Positions 12,489 through 24,672 of a DNA stretch of 64,000 nucleotides are shown here, one piece after another (the stretch's first letter is position 1; each line of letters begins with the position of its first letter). The stretch comes from Octopus vulgaris (Eukaryota), in assembly GCA_951406725.2 (NCBI GenBank), contig OX597817.1, forward strand, positions 102,796,001-102,860,000, in the 5' to 3' direction. The translations under genes were made by a program, and so were the position numbers. The notes under the pieces were generated by a model. That model searched no databases. It saw only the letters and a list, made by a program, of their open reading frames with translations, and was not told the origin of the DNA.

Positions 12489-14970
12489 TTTTATTATTAT
12501 TATTATTATTTTTATTATTATTATTATTATTATTATTCCCTTCATCCTTTCAGGGTTGATGAAATAAATTCCAGTCAAGTGCTGCAATCGATGTAATCGA
12601 CTTCCCCCTCCCCTCAAAAATTGCTGGTCCTGTACCAGAATTTGAAATCATCATTATTATCACTATTCTGCTGCTCTTCATCCTCCTACCTTTTTTCTGC
12701 ACTGTCAGTCATCTCCTTTCACCTACTTCCCTACCCCCAAATCATGTGCATCACTAGTTAATCCTCAACTCTACCCAATTTCTATGGTTGTCACCTACTC
12801 TTCCCTACTTATCCCTCAACACTTGTTCTTCATTCTATTCACCCTCTCACCCATTCCCTATCTCTAAACATTTCTCATACACTCATGCAACATTTATGCA
12901 TCCCACTTCCTGTTCATCTGTCCTCATCTCATACCATGAGGGTCTTTCCTGATACCTATTTTTATCTCTTTCCAGTGCCATCCTTGTTACCTGTAGCCAC
13001 ATAGTTCCTCTACAGCAAAAAAGCTTTGAGGCAATTGAACAAGAGTTTATTTGATATTACACAAGATCTGAACATTTTCATAGAAATTACGTCAACTAGA
13101 AGCCACAGCATAGAGAGACTGACTGTAGAATATAATCAAATGTGATGGGCTTGAAGTTACACTGTCATAACTGATTTATAGAGAAAGGATCCTTTTTATC
13201 AAGTCTGTTGGATCATTGAGAAATTCTATAGAAAATGCCTATGAAAGAAAGCACCCTAACATAAAGGTTTAAATGGGTCATGTGAAGCACAATGCCTTAA
13301 TTTATTTGAGGCTAGAGCTATGGTTTCAAGTTTTGTCAAAGAGAAGCCTCATGGAGAACAGAAGGAAAATAGTGAAGACTTATGTAAAGAACTCAAAGAA
13401 ACTTAAAGATAAATTATGATAATTTAATTGAAGACTAAGTAGAAGCTTAAAAAATAAGTTTAAAAAACTATCAATGATAAGCTGCAGGGTTAAAAGACAG
13501 CACATAACATGTATTTTGTTGGAGAGTATAAATGTATGTACTGTAAGATGAAATGCAGTTAAATTTAAATTAGACACTTCTTTAAAGACATTTGTTCATT
13601 GTTGTGCAAGAAAAATTTATCTTAACATTGGCTTCAAATACTGGTACAAAGCAAACAATTTAGGGGGAATGGTAAGTTGATTACATCAACCCCAACGCTC
13701 AACTGGTACTTATTTTATTGACCCCTAAAGGATGAAAGGCAAACCCAATCACAACAGAATTTGAATTTACAAAGTGAAGAATGAAATGCCACTAAGCATT
13801 TCGCCTGGCATGTTAACGATTTTCCCACTTCATCAATAGATCAAAATTCCTTGTTAATTTGTGAGCCATTTACTAACCATTCTTCATTTGCACCACTCCT
13901 GTATGCAGAGGTATAGCCAGGTTCTTTTGTTAAGGGAAGCAAACACAGTCACACATACCAAACAATTTTTAACTCATTTCTCTTATATTACATGAAATAT
14001 TTCATTAGCTATGAAATACATAATTGTATTCTATATTTATTAATTTCATGTTTCAGTAACAGTGTCATTATGTATGAAACTTACAACTACTGATGAAGTT
14101 AACTAAAGAATTTAAAAAAATTGTTGAAAAGGCTTCAATTTTGTAAAATGTGCTGTGGTGGTGGAGTTGATTGCTCCCCTTGCTACCCTATTAGCTATGC
14201 TACTGACTATGTGAATGAGATAGTTGCAGGTCAACTGGATAACAGGCAAGTAAGGTGGCAGTGTAATAGGACAACAATTAACTTGACCAGCTAATAGCAA
14301 GTGTCAAGACCACTGGAGTTTAGTCAGAGAGGGGTATAAATTGTTGTTTAATTACCTGGTATAATTAATAAAGTAAAAAAAAAAATGTTCCAACCATAAT
14401 CCATTTTTTCTATTTTTACCAAAGTGAATCTTGAACTGGAAAAATGTTGGAGTTATTATGGCTCAATCAGGGATGACTTGAGACTAAACAACACAGCAAA
14501 AACTATTATACCTCTTATTAACTGAACCCTAATGCCCCAGTCACTATGGCTGCTAATTGGCCATGCTAAGTGTTATGCAGTTATACTTCCATCTAGTTAG
14601 TTGTCATCCAGAAAAAAAATGATATGAGAAGAATTCAAAATATTTCCGTGACTGCAAGTTCAACCAGAGGTATCTTAGCAGGAGATACTATCAAAACTTA
14701 CTAAAATTACTATCAACTTTCGGGTAAAGTGAGAAAAACTTTCTGTGCTGCATGCTGATTAACGTTAAAGCTTCTGCTACTCATTCTATTACAATAACTA
14801 AAATAAAACACTTGAATTTTTGCTTTGAATTACTTTTGTTTTGACATGATTGATTGTCACCTAAAAACATTAAACTTGACTTGTCTATCCAGTAGATTCC
14901 AAACTAGTTTATATGTGCAACAGAGTAATAAAAAAAAAAAGAAAGACAAAGAAAAAATAGAAAGCATTAC

Positions 14971-15198
14971 CTTATTTTCAATACATTGTCGTATTTGGGT
15001 GTCTCGTATTTCTGCAAGTTGTTGTGGACTCATGCCTTTCCATCTGTCTGGAATTACACGATGGACCCCAAAACCACTTTGGGCTACAACAGGGTTTTCT
15101 GTGAGAATATCTCCATATATGCAATTAGCTATTTCAGTAGCATTATCATCTTCGTCTTGTTGCTTTTTCAAGCGTTCTTTTTCTTTTCTCTCATTCAT
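14971..15198 (-). CDS. RIBC2: RIB43A-like exon 4 (MNERKEK...DILTENP...PDRWKGMS...IENK)
   Basis: Acceptor ttttccctag, donor gtaatg; 228 nt, phase 0-0. Confidence 0.93.
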
Positions 15199-16033
15199 CT
15201 AGGGAAAAAAATGGGAATTATAAATACAATTAACAATAAAAATTGTTTAAATGATAACAATTTCTTATTTTATATTTCTCTTTCAGAAAACAATTTTTCA
15301 ATAATTCTTTTTATTTTTTTCGTGTGATGTATTGGAGAAAGAAAGGAATGAAGGGAGAGAGAGAGAGAGAGAGAGAGAGAAACTAGCCACCAGATGGCCT
15401 CATATAGCTTGTAATGATCAGTTTAAAACAACAATCCAACAAAAACTGAATTATGGCTTAATTGACTTCACAATATGTCAAGTTGGTTATCAAAGGAAGC
15501 TCAAAACTCTCGAAATATATAAATTGAGTAAAGTAAGATTTTAGAAATTTATAGCTAGATCTATATTTCTTCATCTTGCCAGGTTTCATTCAATGCTGTA
15601 TCTTCAGTTAAAACTGATGTAGCATGAATGAATCTTTGGATGTGAGATTGTTAATCAAAGGATCAATAGTTTGTATCTCATTGATGACAGCCAGGAAAAC
15701 AGTTTATTCCTAGCAGGGTCACTAAACTATCTCTGACCTAATTCACCTATTTGTGAAATAGGTACAGTATAGAGGTACATTTCACTGTCATAGACAACAT
15801 CATGAATATTGGATAAGTATTTTACTACTTTATGGTGCTAAGCTATAAACTCCAGAGGGTATTTTGTGTAGAAAGAGAAAAATATTTCCCCATCTAATAA
15901 AGTGTAAAATGTTCAATAAATTTCATGAACTTCAAAATCTTCTGGTAAAAGAGGTGGATAAAAAGACAAAAGAAAGAAGAATGAAGTTAAGGAGGAAAAG
16001 CTTAAATGGTTTGTTGTGACATATACATATATA

Positions 16034-18067
16034 CAGCACTGGATTAACCATTAAGCAAAATGAGCACATGCTTAGGGCATCAAGGGAAGGGGGACACCAA
16101 AGAAATGGTAATTGGCTACTGGCATAAAAGAAATCACTTTAAACTTGCTAAAGTTATATTTGAAGTGGTTTATATGATTGAAGATATAGTGCTGAAGACT
16201 GACCAATCAAAACAGAGTTAATGATTTATTCATGTGTAGCTGTGTATTATTTACTAGTCAGTTTTATGTTTTGGTGAATGGTGTTTGTATGTGGTGTTTT
16301 ATTTCTCAGCAAATTTACAGTGATAACACAATAATTTATAGAGTGAAAATGCCAGATTGTAATTCAGATATCTCTTTCTTTCTCTCTCTCTCTCTCCACA
16401 CACACACACACACACACACATATAATATAAATAAAGTTTGATAAGGCTGGTTTATGGAATTACAGCATTTCATCAGCTTCCGAAACATGTTGGCTTAAGG
16501 CCTCTCTGGAATATAGAGGAGGAAAGGACCTTGCTACTTAATGTCCACAACAGGGGATTGTCTTCCTTTGTTGACATTGAGTAGCAAGGTCCTTTCCTCC
16601 TCTATATTCTAGAGAGGCCTTAAGCCAACAGGTTTTAGGATCTGATGATATGCCGTAAAGTTAAGTACTTTATGAACATGAAACCCAGGGAAATACCATA
16701 AACCAGTCTTATCTAACTTTGTTTTTTATATTATATACTGCTCTATAACTTGGAGTGTACTTCTTTTTCAGATATATGTTTTACCAATGATACGATATAT
16801 ACATATATATATGTATATATATATATATATATACATTTCTCTGTATTTCTCTCTCTCCATGTATATAGATGATAAAAGTGCCTCAGGTGCTCATCTTTAC
16901 CATTATCAAAAGTGCTTGTTTTGGAATCTACCTTTTATAACCTAACCTAACATAAACAAGAACTTTAGTCAATTTAGTCATGCATATATGTGTGTGAATG
17001 TATGTGTATGCATTACAAGTTCAAATAATGTTACATACCATAATTATTAATTATATTTGTCCCACCCATGCCAGCATGGAGGGCGGACATTGAACAATGA
17101 TGATGATGGTGATTGCCCAGCAATATAAATGCTTTTAAAAGCATTTTCTATTGATACAAAATAAAATACAATAATAATAATAATAAAGGTTAATTATATA
17201 CATTAATCAGAATCTGGTAACTGCCTCACAGTCCACAGAGGTTCACTTGATCATTCTTGTTTTAGCCATGTTGGCTGTCCCATTCAGTCATCCACTGAAA
17301 AGTGAGTACAGTATTTTTTCCATAGCTCACTCAGCATCCAATGTGCAAACAATATATGTGGTGACATTGTAACTTTGTAAGTAAGTTGATTCCTGTTTTT
17401 TTTTAATTCTATTTCTCCATTCCATTTTCATGACACTGACAACAAATAACATAATTAATGTTTCACAATTTTGTGGACTGACAAAACTTTTGAAATGCCG
17501 TGAAAATGGTCAAACAGTGTAGAGCGCTGCTTTTGTCAATATATGTATTTTCTGACTTTTATTTTTCACATGATGGTGAACTCCTGGTGATAACTGGGTT
17601 TTGTATATCATTCCATCAATTTACATGGTGCTGGTGACGTCTCCATGTGCATATTTTGTATGTAGTGCCATGATGATGGTTACAGATTGCTTAGCTGACC
17701 ATTAATGGTCACAAATTATTCAGCTGAGCATTCATTTCCTCAGTTGAAGTACATGAAAAAATCCCATCAGAATAACTATGCAACAAGGCAGGCTGGATGC
17801 CTCATCTCTACAAAGTATAGCAGCAGATGTGTTACATAAGATTAATTTTGAGGATCTGATCAAAGACTCTGCAATTAAAAAAAGTGGGAGAAAACTTTTC
17901 AAATATAAATAAAGTGGAGGTATACAAAAATAAACATTATTTTCCATCTTACAGTTAGTTTTGTTTCATTTCAAAAAATAAAATTTATTTTTTGGTTTAT
18001 AAATTTGAATTAAGTATATATAATCTTTTAAGTATTTAGGGTCTCTATAAGTCTTAATCTGGCTTTA
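16034..18067 (+). mobile_element. Non-autonomous hAT (Tip100/ZMYM1-like) relic with nested insertions
   Basis: Decayed TIRs cagcactggattaa / ttaatctggcttt. hATC dimerisation remnant LMVTNYSAEHSFPQLKYMK-PIRITMQQGRLDASSLQSIAADVLHKINFEDLIKDSAIKK at about 17700-17900. Confidence 0.75.
16420..16737. repeat. Fold-back palindrome 1 with hammerhead core remnant
   Basis: Inner arms (about 16470-16550 and 16567-16650) are highly complementary; outer arms aaagtttgataaggctggtttatgg / ccataaaccagtcttatctaacttt; CTGATGA-stem-GAAAC at 16642-16684. Confidence 0.85.
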
Positions 18068-18107
18068 TATATATATACATATATACAGACACACACATAT
18101 ATCTATA

Positions 18108-18160
<53 letters not shown>

Positions 18161-18568
18161 CATAATCATCATCATCGTTTAATGTCTACCTTCCATTCTG
18201 GCATGTGTTGGACAGTTTGTTACGAGTCAGTACCAGATTTCTGCGTTTGTTTTGGTTGTGTTTTTGTGGCTGGAGCCCTTCCTAACACCAACCACCCAGC
18301 TGAGTTCTATACAGTGGTGGAGTGGCCAGGTTACTAACTTGCCTGATGGCAAGTGAGCCCCTTAGACATTAGAGTCCATATATGGGGGCCCATGGTAGTA
18401 TCTGAGATAGGGGTTGTAAGTGTAACCATCCATGGGATAACATATATCCAATATACTGCTAGTGAAGCACCCAACAAAGTTAATACATAAATGTTAAGAA
18501 CTGCGATGCAATTAATTCATTTACTGTATTATATGGGCAAAGGTAAAATGTTTTACCACAAATTAATA

Positions 18569-19146
18569 ATACAAAATAAGAAAATGGAGAAACACATCTT
18601 AATCAATGATCAACTACCAGATAATACCCAATCACATAATTTATTAAACCACTAAATATGAACATTAAGGTCAAACATAATAATACAGAACAAAACAATG
18701 TACATGAAAGAGTAATATGATACAATAAGTACAGTATGTATAAGTGAATATAAATAAATACAAATATAAATATAAACTACATCTTACAGCTGTTTCGGCC
18801 ATGCAGATATGGGTGTCTCATTATGCTCAAATTAGCCATGGTGATAGGTCAATATACAACTACATATTGACCTATCACACAAGGCTAATATGAGCATAAT
18901 GAGACACCCATATCTGCATGGCCGAAACAGCTGTAAGATGTAGTTTATATTTATATTTGTATTTATTTATATTCACTTATACATACTGTACTTATTGTAT
19001 CATATTACTCTTTCATGTACATTGTTTTGTTCTATATTATTATGCTTGACCTTAATGTTCATATGTAGTGGTTTAATAAATTATGTGATTGGGTATTATC
19101 TGGTAGTTGATCATTGATTAAGATGTGTTTCTCCATTTTCTTATTT

Positions 19147-19151
<5 letters not shown>
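18569..19151. repeat. Fold-back palindrome 2 (about 290-bp arms, 8-nt loop at 18856-18863)
   Basis: Arms are reverse complements with roughly six differences; contains CCGAAACAGCTGTAAGAT, a hammerhead 3' half. Confidence 0.95.
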
Positions 19152-19175
<24 letters not shown>

Positions 19176-19186
<11 letters not shown>

Positions 19187-19484
19187 GAAATGAGGTACTC
19201 AGAAAATCGGATGGTTTATATTTACAGATATTTATTTGTATATTACATTTTTTATATATCATATAACTTAGATCATGTATTAGCGCTTTCTCCCATTCTA
19301 GTAGGGTTTGACCACTATAAAATGGTCAAAATTCCTCACACAGGAACTTAGTTTGATTTGAAAACCCCACTAGAATTGGAGAAAGCACTAATACATGATC
19401 TAAGTTATATGATATATAAAAAATGTAATATACAAATAAATATAAACCACCCGATTTTCTGAGTACCTCATTTCTCCTAATATA
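19176..19484. repeat. Fold-back palindrome 3 (about 125-bp arms, ~50-nt structured spacer)
   Basis: gaaatgaggtactcagaaaatcgg...ccgattttctgagtacctcatttc arms with one 12-nt indel; the spacer holds two small hairpins. Confidence 0.92.
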
Positions 19485-19515
19485 AAATACCTGTACATCA
19501 TCTCCAAACCTTCCA

Positions 19516-19516
<1 letters not shown>

Positions 19517-19546
<30 letters not shown>

Positions 19547-19577
19547 TGCACATATATATATATACACATACACACAC

Positions 19578-19628
<51 letters not shown>

Positions 19629-19629
19629 T

Positions 19630-19687
<58 letters not shown>
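19517..19687. repeat. (TA)n/(CA)n compound microsatellite
   Basis: Directly visible; source of the CVCV/YIYI ORFs. Confidence 0.95.
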
Positions 19688-19688
<1 letters not shown>

Positions 19689-19893
19689 AATTATGGGGGT
19701 TTAGTTCACAGGTGATCTAAATGATTAGGTATGCTAGGTAAGTGCTGTAATGGATAACTGGAGCTCCAATGTTATAACTGAGATGGTAGTTATGGAGCCA
19801 TTGCAGATTTCTGATGGAGTGGGTATATAATTGTTAAACAGGACAGCAAACATCTCAAGTCATTTACAATATTATTATAGGAAGAAATTCAAA

Positions 19894-19950
19894 ATCTTAC
19901 AGCTGTTTCTGGGATATCCCAGAGTATGGGATATTCCATCATCAGGGACA
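19894..19950 (-). ncRNA. Type I hammerhead ribozyme at the 3' end of a Penelope-like element
   Basis: Minus strand reads gtcc-CTGATGA-TGGAATATCCCA-tactc-TGGGATATCCCA-GAAAC-AGCT-GTA^AGAT. Full core; stem II 11/12 bp; palindromic minimal stem III; short stem I with a mismatch at its first pair. Confidence 0.75.
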
Positions 19951-22054
19951 AATAGGGAAAAATATAGGTTAAATGAGAATGGTATATATTAATAAGATGG
20001 TAACATAAAGGAAGGGAGTAAAAGAAGAAAAAGAAGCATAAAAGTTCGTAGTTTAACTTTCCGAAGTTATAAAAACTAGAACATGAGTTCTTAGATCCAA
20101 TCCTATGCAGAATTATGAGCATAAGTCCTTAGGTGCCATCCTGTGTATATCTATGTGGGTTAGAGTTCTGATATTGAAGACAGTCCAAGAAAAAAGACAT
20201 GAACATAACGTTCAAGAACAGAATGGTAGCAGAGGTGGCTATTAAGTGGTAAGAGAAAAGAAAAGAAATAGAAAGAGAGGTAGATAGAGTTAGGTGGGTG
20301 GATTGTAAGGATTGGCTATAGAATAAAGTAAGGTGCATAGGTGCATGATGTCCAAGTATTGTCTACAGGGGTAGTCAAGAAGATAAGAGAGAGGATGAGG
20401 AGGTAGAGGAAGATAGTGTAAAAAAAATAGAGCAAAATGAAAGGAATTTTAAGAGAGTAGAAGATGTCTGGTAGTCTCAAAATCTAAAGTTGTTGGGGAG
20501 GAAATTTAGTAGTAATTGCTTGTGTCCGTTCTGGCTAAGGTCAGTGGCTGTAGAGTTATTTTTAACAATGTGGTTATTGGTATGTAGGTAGTTGAGAAAG
20601 GAAGAGCTAATTGAATGTTAAATTATTTATGAGTGGGAGTTAGAGTTAGGGGGTTTATATTAGGGGATTTATTGGGTTAAGGTTTTAAAATAAATGAAGG
20701 ATAAATAAAAGAATATTTATCTCATAGCATGATGAGGTAAGGTAGATAGAAATGAGGTATGACATAGGTAGAAATAAGATTTATAGAGATATAGAAGAGG
20801 TATGTATTAATGATCATAGGGATTTGTATGTGGGTGCTATTTGTGGGGAGTGAGCTTACACTTAAATTTATGAAAGAATTTAAAAGTGCGGAAGAATTTG
20901 TGCTTACACATAGTGAAGGCCTCGTATCTATTAAGCAATTGTGGTGAGTTGTGGGTTAGAATTTTGAGAGCTTCTTTTAAGCAAAGTCCACAACTGGAGT
21001 GTCGGCCCTGATGTAGGGTACCCAAGTCTATTATAGCCCAGGAAATTTTATACTATATTTTCCTATTAATTAGATGGTGTATGTGGCTGGCTAAACAAGT
21101 TTAAATGTATATAATACCTTTGTTTAAAATTGGTGTCAGAACCAATGTAGTAGCTACAGGAGTTATTTACCATGTTAAGAACAGTGCATCGGTATATGAT
21201 GCTGAATCCTCTGCATTGGGCTTGCAGCAGGCAATCTGTCCCGAATCTGCAGTTGCAGTTATTGGTTCTATGGTGCTTAATTGGAGAGAGAGGTGAGGTA
21301 GTGCTGGTAGTGGCTTGGCTGGTATTAGGTGAATTGATCGTGATATTGCTGCCGTTTCTAGTATTGATATCAATGCCAGCATTACCATTATTATTATTAT
21401 TGTCATTATCATTATTGGCATTGCTGTCGTAATTATTATCATTAGTAGTAGTAGTAGTAGCAGCAGCAGCAGCAGAAGTAGTATTGTTAGTAGTAGTGTT
21501 AGTATTAGCAGTGGTAGAGGAGGTGGTATTAATGATGTTATTATTGCGGCTATTAATAGTTGAGTTTGTGGTAGGAGTGTTTATAATAGTGTTGTGGTTC
21601 AATTTGAGGACAGTTGATGGCGACCTACTTTTGGGAATGAATCCATTGTTCTGCCAGATGCGGGTTGATTAATTAGCTCTGGGAAAACTCCCCGACCCTT
21701 TCAGGTGAATTAGAGTTCAGTTTGTGAGAGACAGTCGGCATTTGGGATTCAGGGCAGGCAGTCAGGATTTGGGATTCAGGGCAAGCAGTTGGCAGTTTGG
21801 ATTTTAGCAGTGGCTGTTCTGCTGGTGACAAAGAGAGATATACAGAGGATTAGGCAGCTAAGAGAGAGGATTACAATGTGAGGCATTGGCTGATGTAACG
21901 GTATGTGTTAATTGTGTTGATATGTGAATTATGTAAAGAGACTATAACGAACTGTTACAGAAGTGAGTAAAGGACTTGTTGATGTGAATTGTATTGATAT
22001 GTGTTACAGAACTGTTAAAGAAAGAGAGAGACTCTGTTGTAGTCTTTAATGAAC

Positions 22055-22203
22055 ATTGGCGTTACGAAGGGCATCCAGCCGTAGAAACACTGCCAGATCT
22101 GACTGGGCCTGACGAAGCCTTCCAGCTTCACAGACCCCAGCTGAACCGTCCAACCCATGCTAGCATGGGAAGCGGACACTAAATGATGATGATGATGATG
22201 ATG
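22055..22203 (+). mobile_element. RTE-tail short retroposon with (GAT)n tail nested in the PLE
   Basis: tggcgttacgaagggcatccagccgtagaaac...(gat)n; near-identical to 47713-47856; possible TSD atgaac. Confidence 0.8.
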
Positions 22204-24096
22204 AACTGTATATGTGTTAATTGTCCTTTGAACTGTAACGTTAATGTGAAGTGTATGTTAATTGAACATTGATTTGTAACGTGAACTTATCTGTCTATGA
22301 ACATTGTATATGCCTTTAATGTGATTTGAAACAGAACTGTTGTCTCCGAACTGTATATTGCATCAATCTGAACTGTTATTGTAACGAATGCTGTTGTTAT
22401 ATTGTATCTGCATGTTTAAATGCTTTGATCTGTTGTATACCTGTATTGATTTGTTGTTTTCTTTAAATGCTGTTGTATCTTGACGTATTTTATGTAACAA
22501 TTATAAAGTGTTATAACTAGTAGGTTAAATGTAAGCCAATTGCCTTCCGCTGTGTTTCTTTGTGCCTCTGTGTCTCTTCCTACTGCTGTTGTTGTTGTTG
22601 TTGTCTCTCTCCTCTCTGAGTTCCATGGCGAACTTGCGCCGATCGATCGGGCCTGGTCAATCGTCGTCGCTCGACTTGTTGGGATCCCGGGTTCGAGTTT
22701 CGGGCGACGGCAGGTGGGATTCCGTGGCAACTTTCGGGGGTCCCGTAGCAATAGTAAGGTTTTCAGTTATGGTAGTATTGCCATTGGTGTTAGTATTAAT
22801 ATTATTGCTGTTCCTATTAGTAGTTGAAGTATAGGAATTATTAGTTGTATTGGTTAATATAATTAGTATTGTTAGTATCAGTGTGCCTATTAGTGTTTGC
22901 ATGGGTTTCAGGTGTGTGCTCATTACCCTCAGAAGTGAGGATTATATTATGTATGTTTAAGTTGTTTAAAGTGGTCGGGCCAGGGGTGTTAGATATGTTA
23001 TTGCAATTGGTGCTAGTGCTTTCATTGTGTAGGTCTATTGTAAGTCTATGATAGGGTTGTTAAAAAGTAGGAGTTAAGTTTACGTTTATTAGATGAGGTG
23101 ATAATAGATTCTATATTTGGTGTAGATGAATAGGATAATTTCAAAGTGGATCTGTTAAAGATAGAATGGTACTTATGGTTACATGGGAAATTGGATTCTA
23201 CTATTCTAAGGAAAGCTCTAGCAAGGCCCTTAATGTTTAAAATGAATGGAGGTATATACCAGAGAATAGATATCCTGCCACTTTTATTAGTCAAGTTAGG
23301 GGAGGTGTAATTACTAGTTAATATTAGAGGAGAGTTGGAAGGTCTAATGTTAGTATTAGTGTTCTTAGATCGAGAGTTGTATGTGCGAGTGCTTAGAGGG
23401 TGAGATTGACTGACCATAGTAGGAGGGATTGGATTTCTAATATTTGTGTGCATTTGTCCAGAGCTAAGTTTCATGGGGGGGGGGGTTCCTTAAGTCTGGT
23501 GTTGGGTATAAATCTAATTTTCTGGGAGAAACCACTAACAGCTAGAGATTGATTATAGTAGTTGGCATAGGTACTGAAGATTTCTTCACTGGCGGATAGA
23601 TCAGATATTCTGATGGATGTACCTTTGATTATGCTCTCAAAAGTAGATTTATGGTGACTAGACTCTGTGTTTATGTATTTAAGGTATTGATTGGGTTTAT
23701 GATATGGGAAGTATAGTGAAGAGTTTAAATCTAAAGTAACATCTAGAAAATTTGCTGAAGAAATGTTCTAAAATGTAAATTTTGTTTAATATTTTTCTAA
23801 CAATTTGTCCTTGTTTGTGTAGAGGTGAAATGGAACTCTATCCAACCACTAATTCAGCTATGAGGTAGAAGTAATACTTTTGTCAATGAAGTATCTTAAT
23901 ACAAGTAGAATTGTGTGTTTTGCCTGGAGTGAATAACACATAAGTTTAAAAAAGGTGAAAATGAAAGTGATGTATAGACATTATCAAGGTGGTACCCCAG
24001 CATGGTTGCAGTCTAATGACTGAAACAAGTAAAATTATAGAAAAAGATAAAAACAATTATTCAAATAAAATGTAAGGGGATAGATCTCAGCATATA

Positions 24097-24313
24097 CGAG
24101 AGGGTGCTGAAAAGTTCCTGGCTTTAAAGGTATTGTGAAAGGCCAGTTTGGAGGCTCAAACTTCCAAGATCTTTTATTGGGTTTAGAAAAACTGAAAGAT
24201 CGCTGCAATAAGTGTGTGAATCTGAGAGGGAAATATGTTCAATAAAATCATAATTAACTGATCCTCCTGTCTTTTCTTTTACCCAAAACCAAGAACTTTT
24301 CAGCACCCCCTCA
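24097..24313 (+). mobile_element. Mariner-derived MITE
   Basis: TA flanks; TIRs cgagagggtgctgaaaagttcctgg / ccaagaacttttcagcaccccctca; internal transposase end GLEKLKDRCNKCVNLRGKYVQ*. Confidence 0.88.
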
Positions 24314-24672
24314 TATATCTAGCTTCTGAACTGTTCATTCATCAAATATTAGCAAATTTGAAGTATTATATATCACCAAATTCTCTAATAGTTCAGAATT
24401 TTACAAAAATAGAAATGAAAAATATCCTGAAATCTTTAGAGAGTCTTTACGATACCATCAAATGCTTCATTTTCAAGTCAGCCAATCAAGCTATTAACTA
24501 TGGCTGGAATTACAAATATGAAGAGTGATGTGAAGTGAAAATGGATAGCTGAGAATTAAACCAGTATCACAGACTCAGCTTAAAAGAAGCTTACTACCAT
24601 CCTCACAGAATTTCAAAACATATCCACATTTTTAAAATAAATAAATGAATAGAAAATTAAAATTTTGATTAC

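Larger units (their letters stand above)
19880..23770 (-). mobile_element. Decayed Penelope-like element (Naiad-like), 5'-truncated
   Basis: RT end (ANFLDVTLDLN..PYHKPN..YINTESSH), linker WYIPPF..FP.NHKYHSIFNRSTLKLSYS, GIY-YIG (CNCR..C....C..IIY..YYIG..FKQRY..H; CGLCLKE..LLN..E..CKHK), long N/T-rich inserts and a 3' hammerhead. Clade assignment is from remembered motif pattern. Confidence 0.85.

Noticed and set aside
13020-13620. Purine-rich, coding-looking stretch (also 43200-45980)
   Set aside because: Stops in the frames examined and no motif I can identify with confidence; probably old TE debris, left uncalled.
19326-19689. Cys/Val/Tyr/Ile-repeat ORFs (also 968-1195, 7797-8178, 18113-18337, 41486-41689)
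   Set aside because: Translations of (TA)n, (CA)n and trinucleotide microsatellites; not genes.
22655-22662. In-frame TGA in the Naiad-like PLE as possible selenocysteine
   Set aside because: It is in a low-complexity stretch rather than at a conserved Cys, the element has many other disruptions, and no SECIS was identified; CGA-to-TGA decay is simpler.
22678-22710. B-box/T-arm-like GATCCCGGGTTCGAGTTTCGGG
   Set aside because: No convincing A-box or cloverleaf; it lies in the PLE low-complexity insert.
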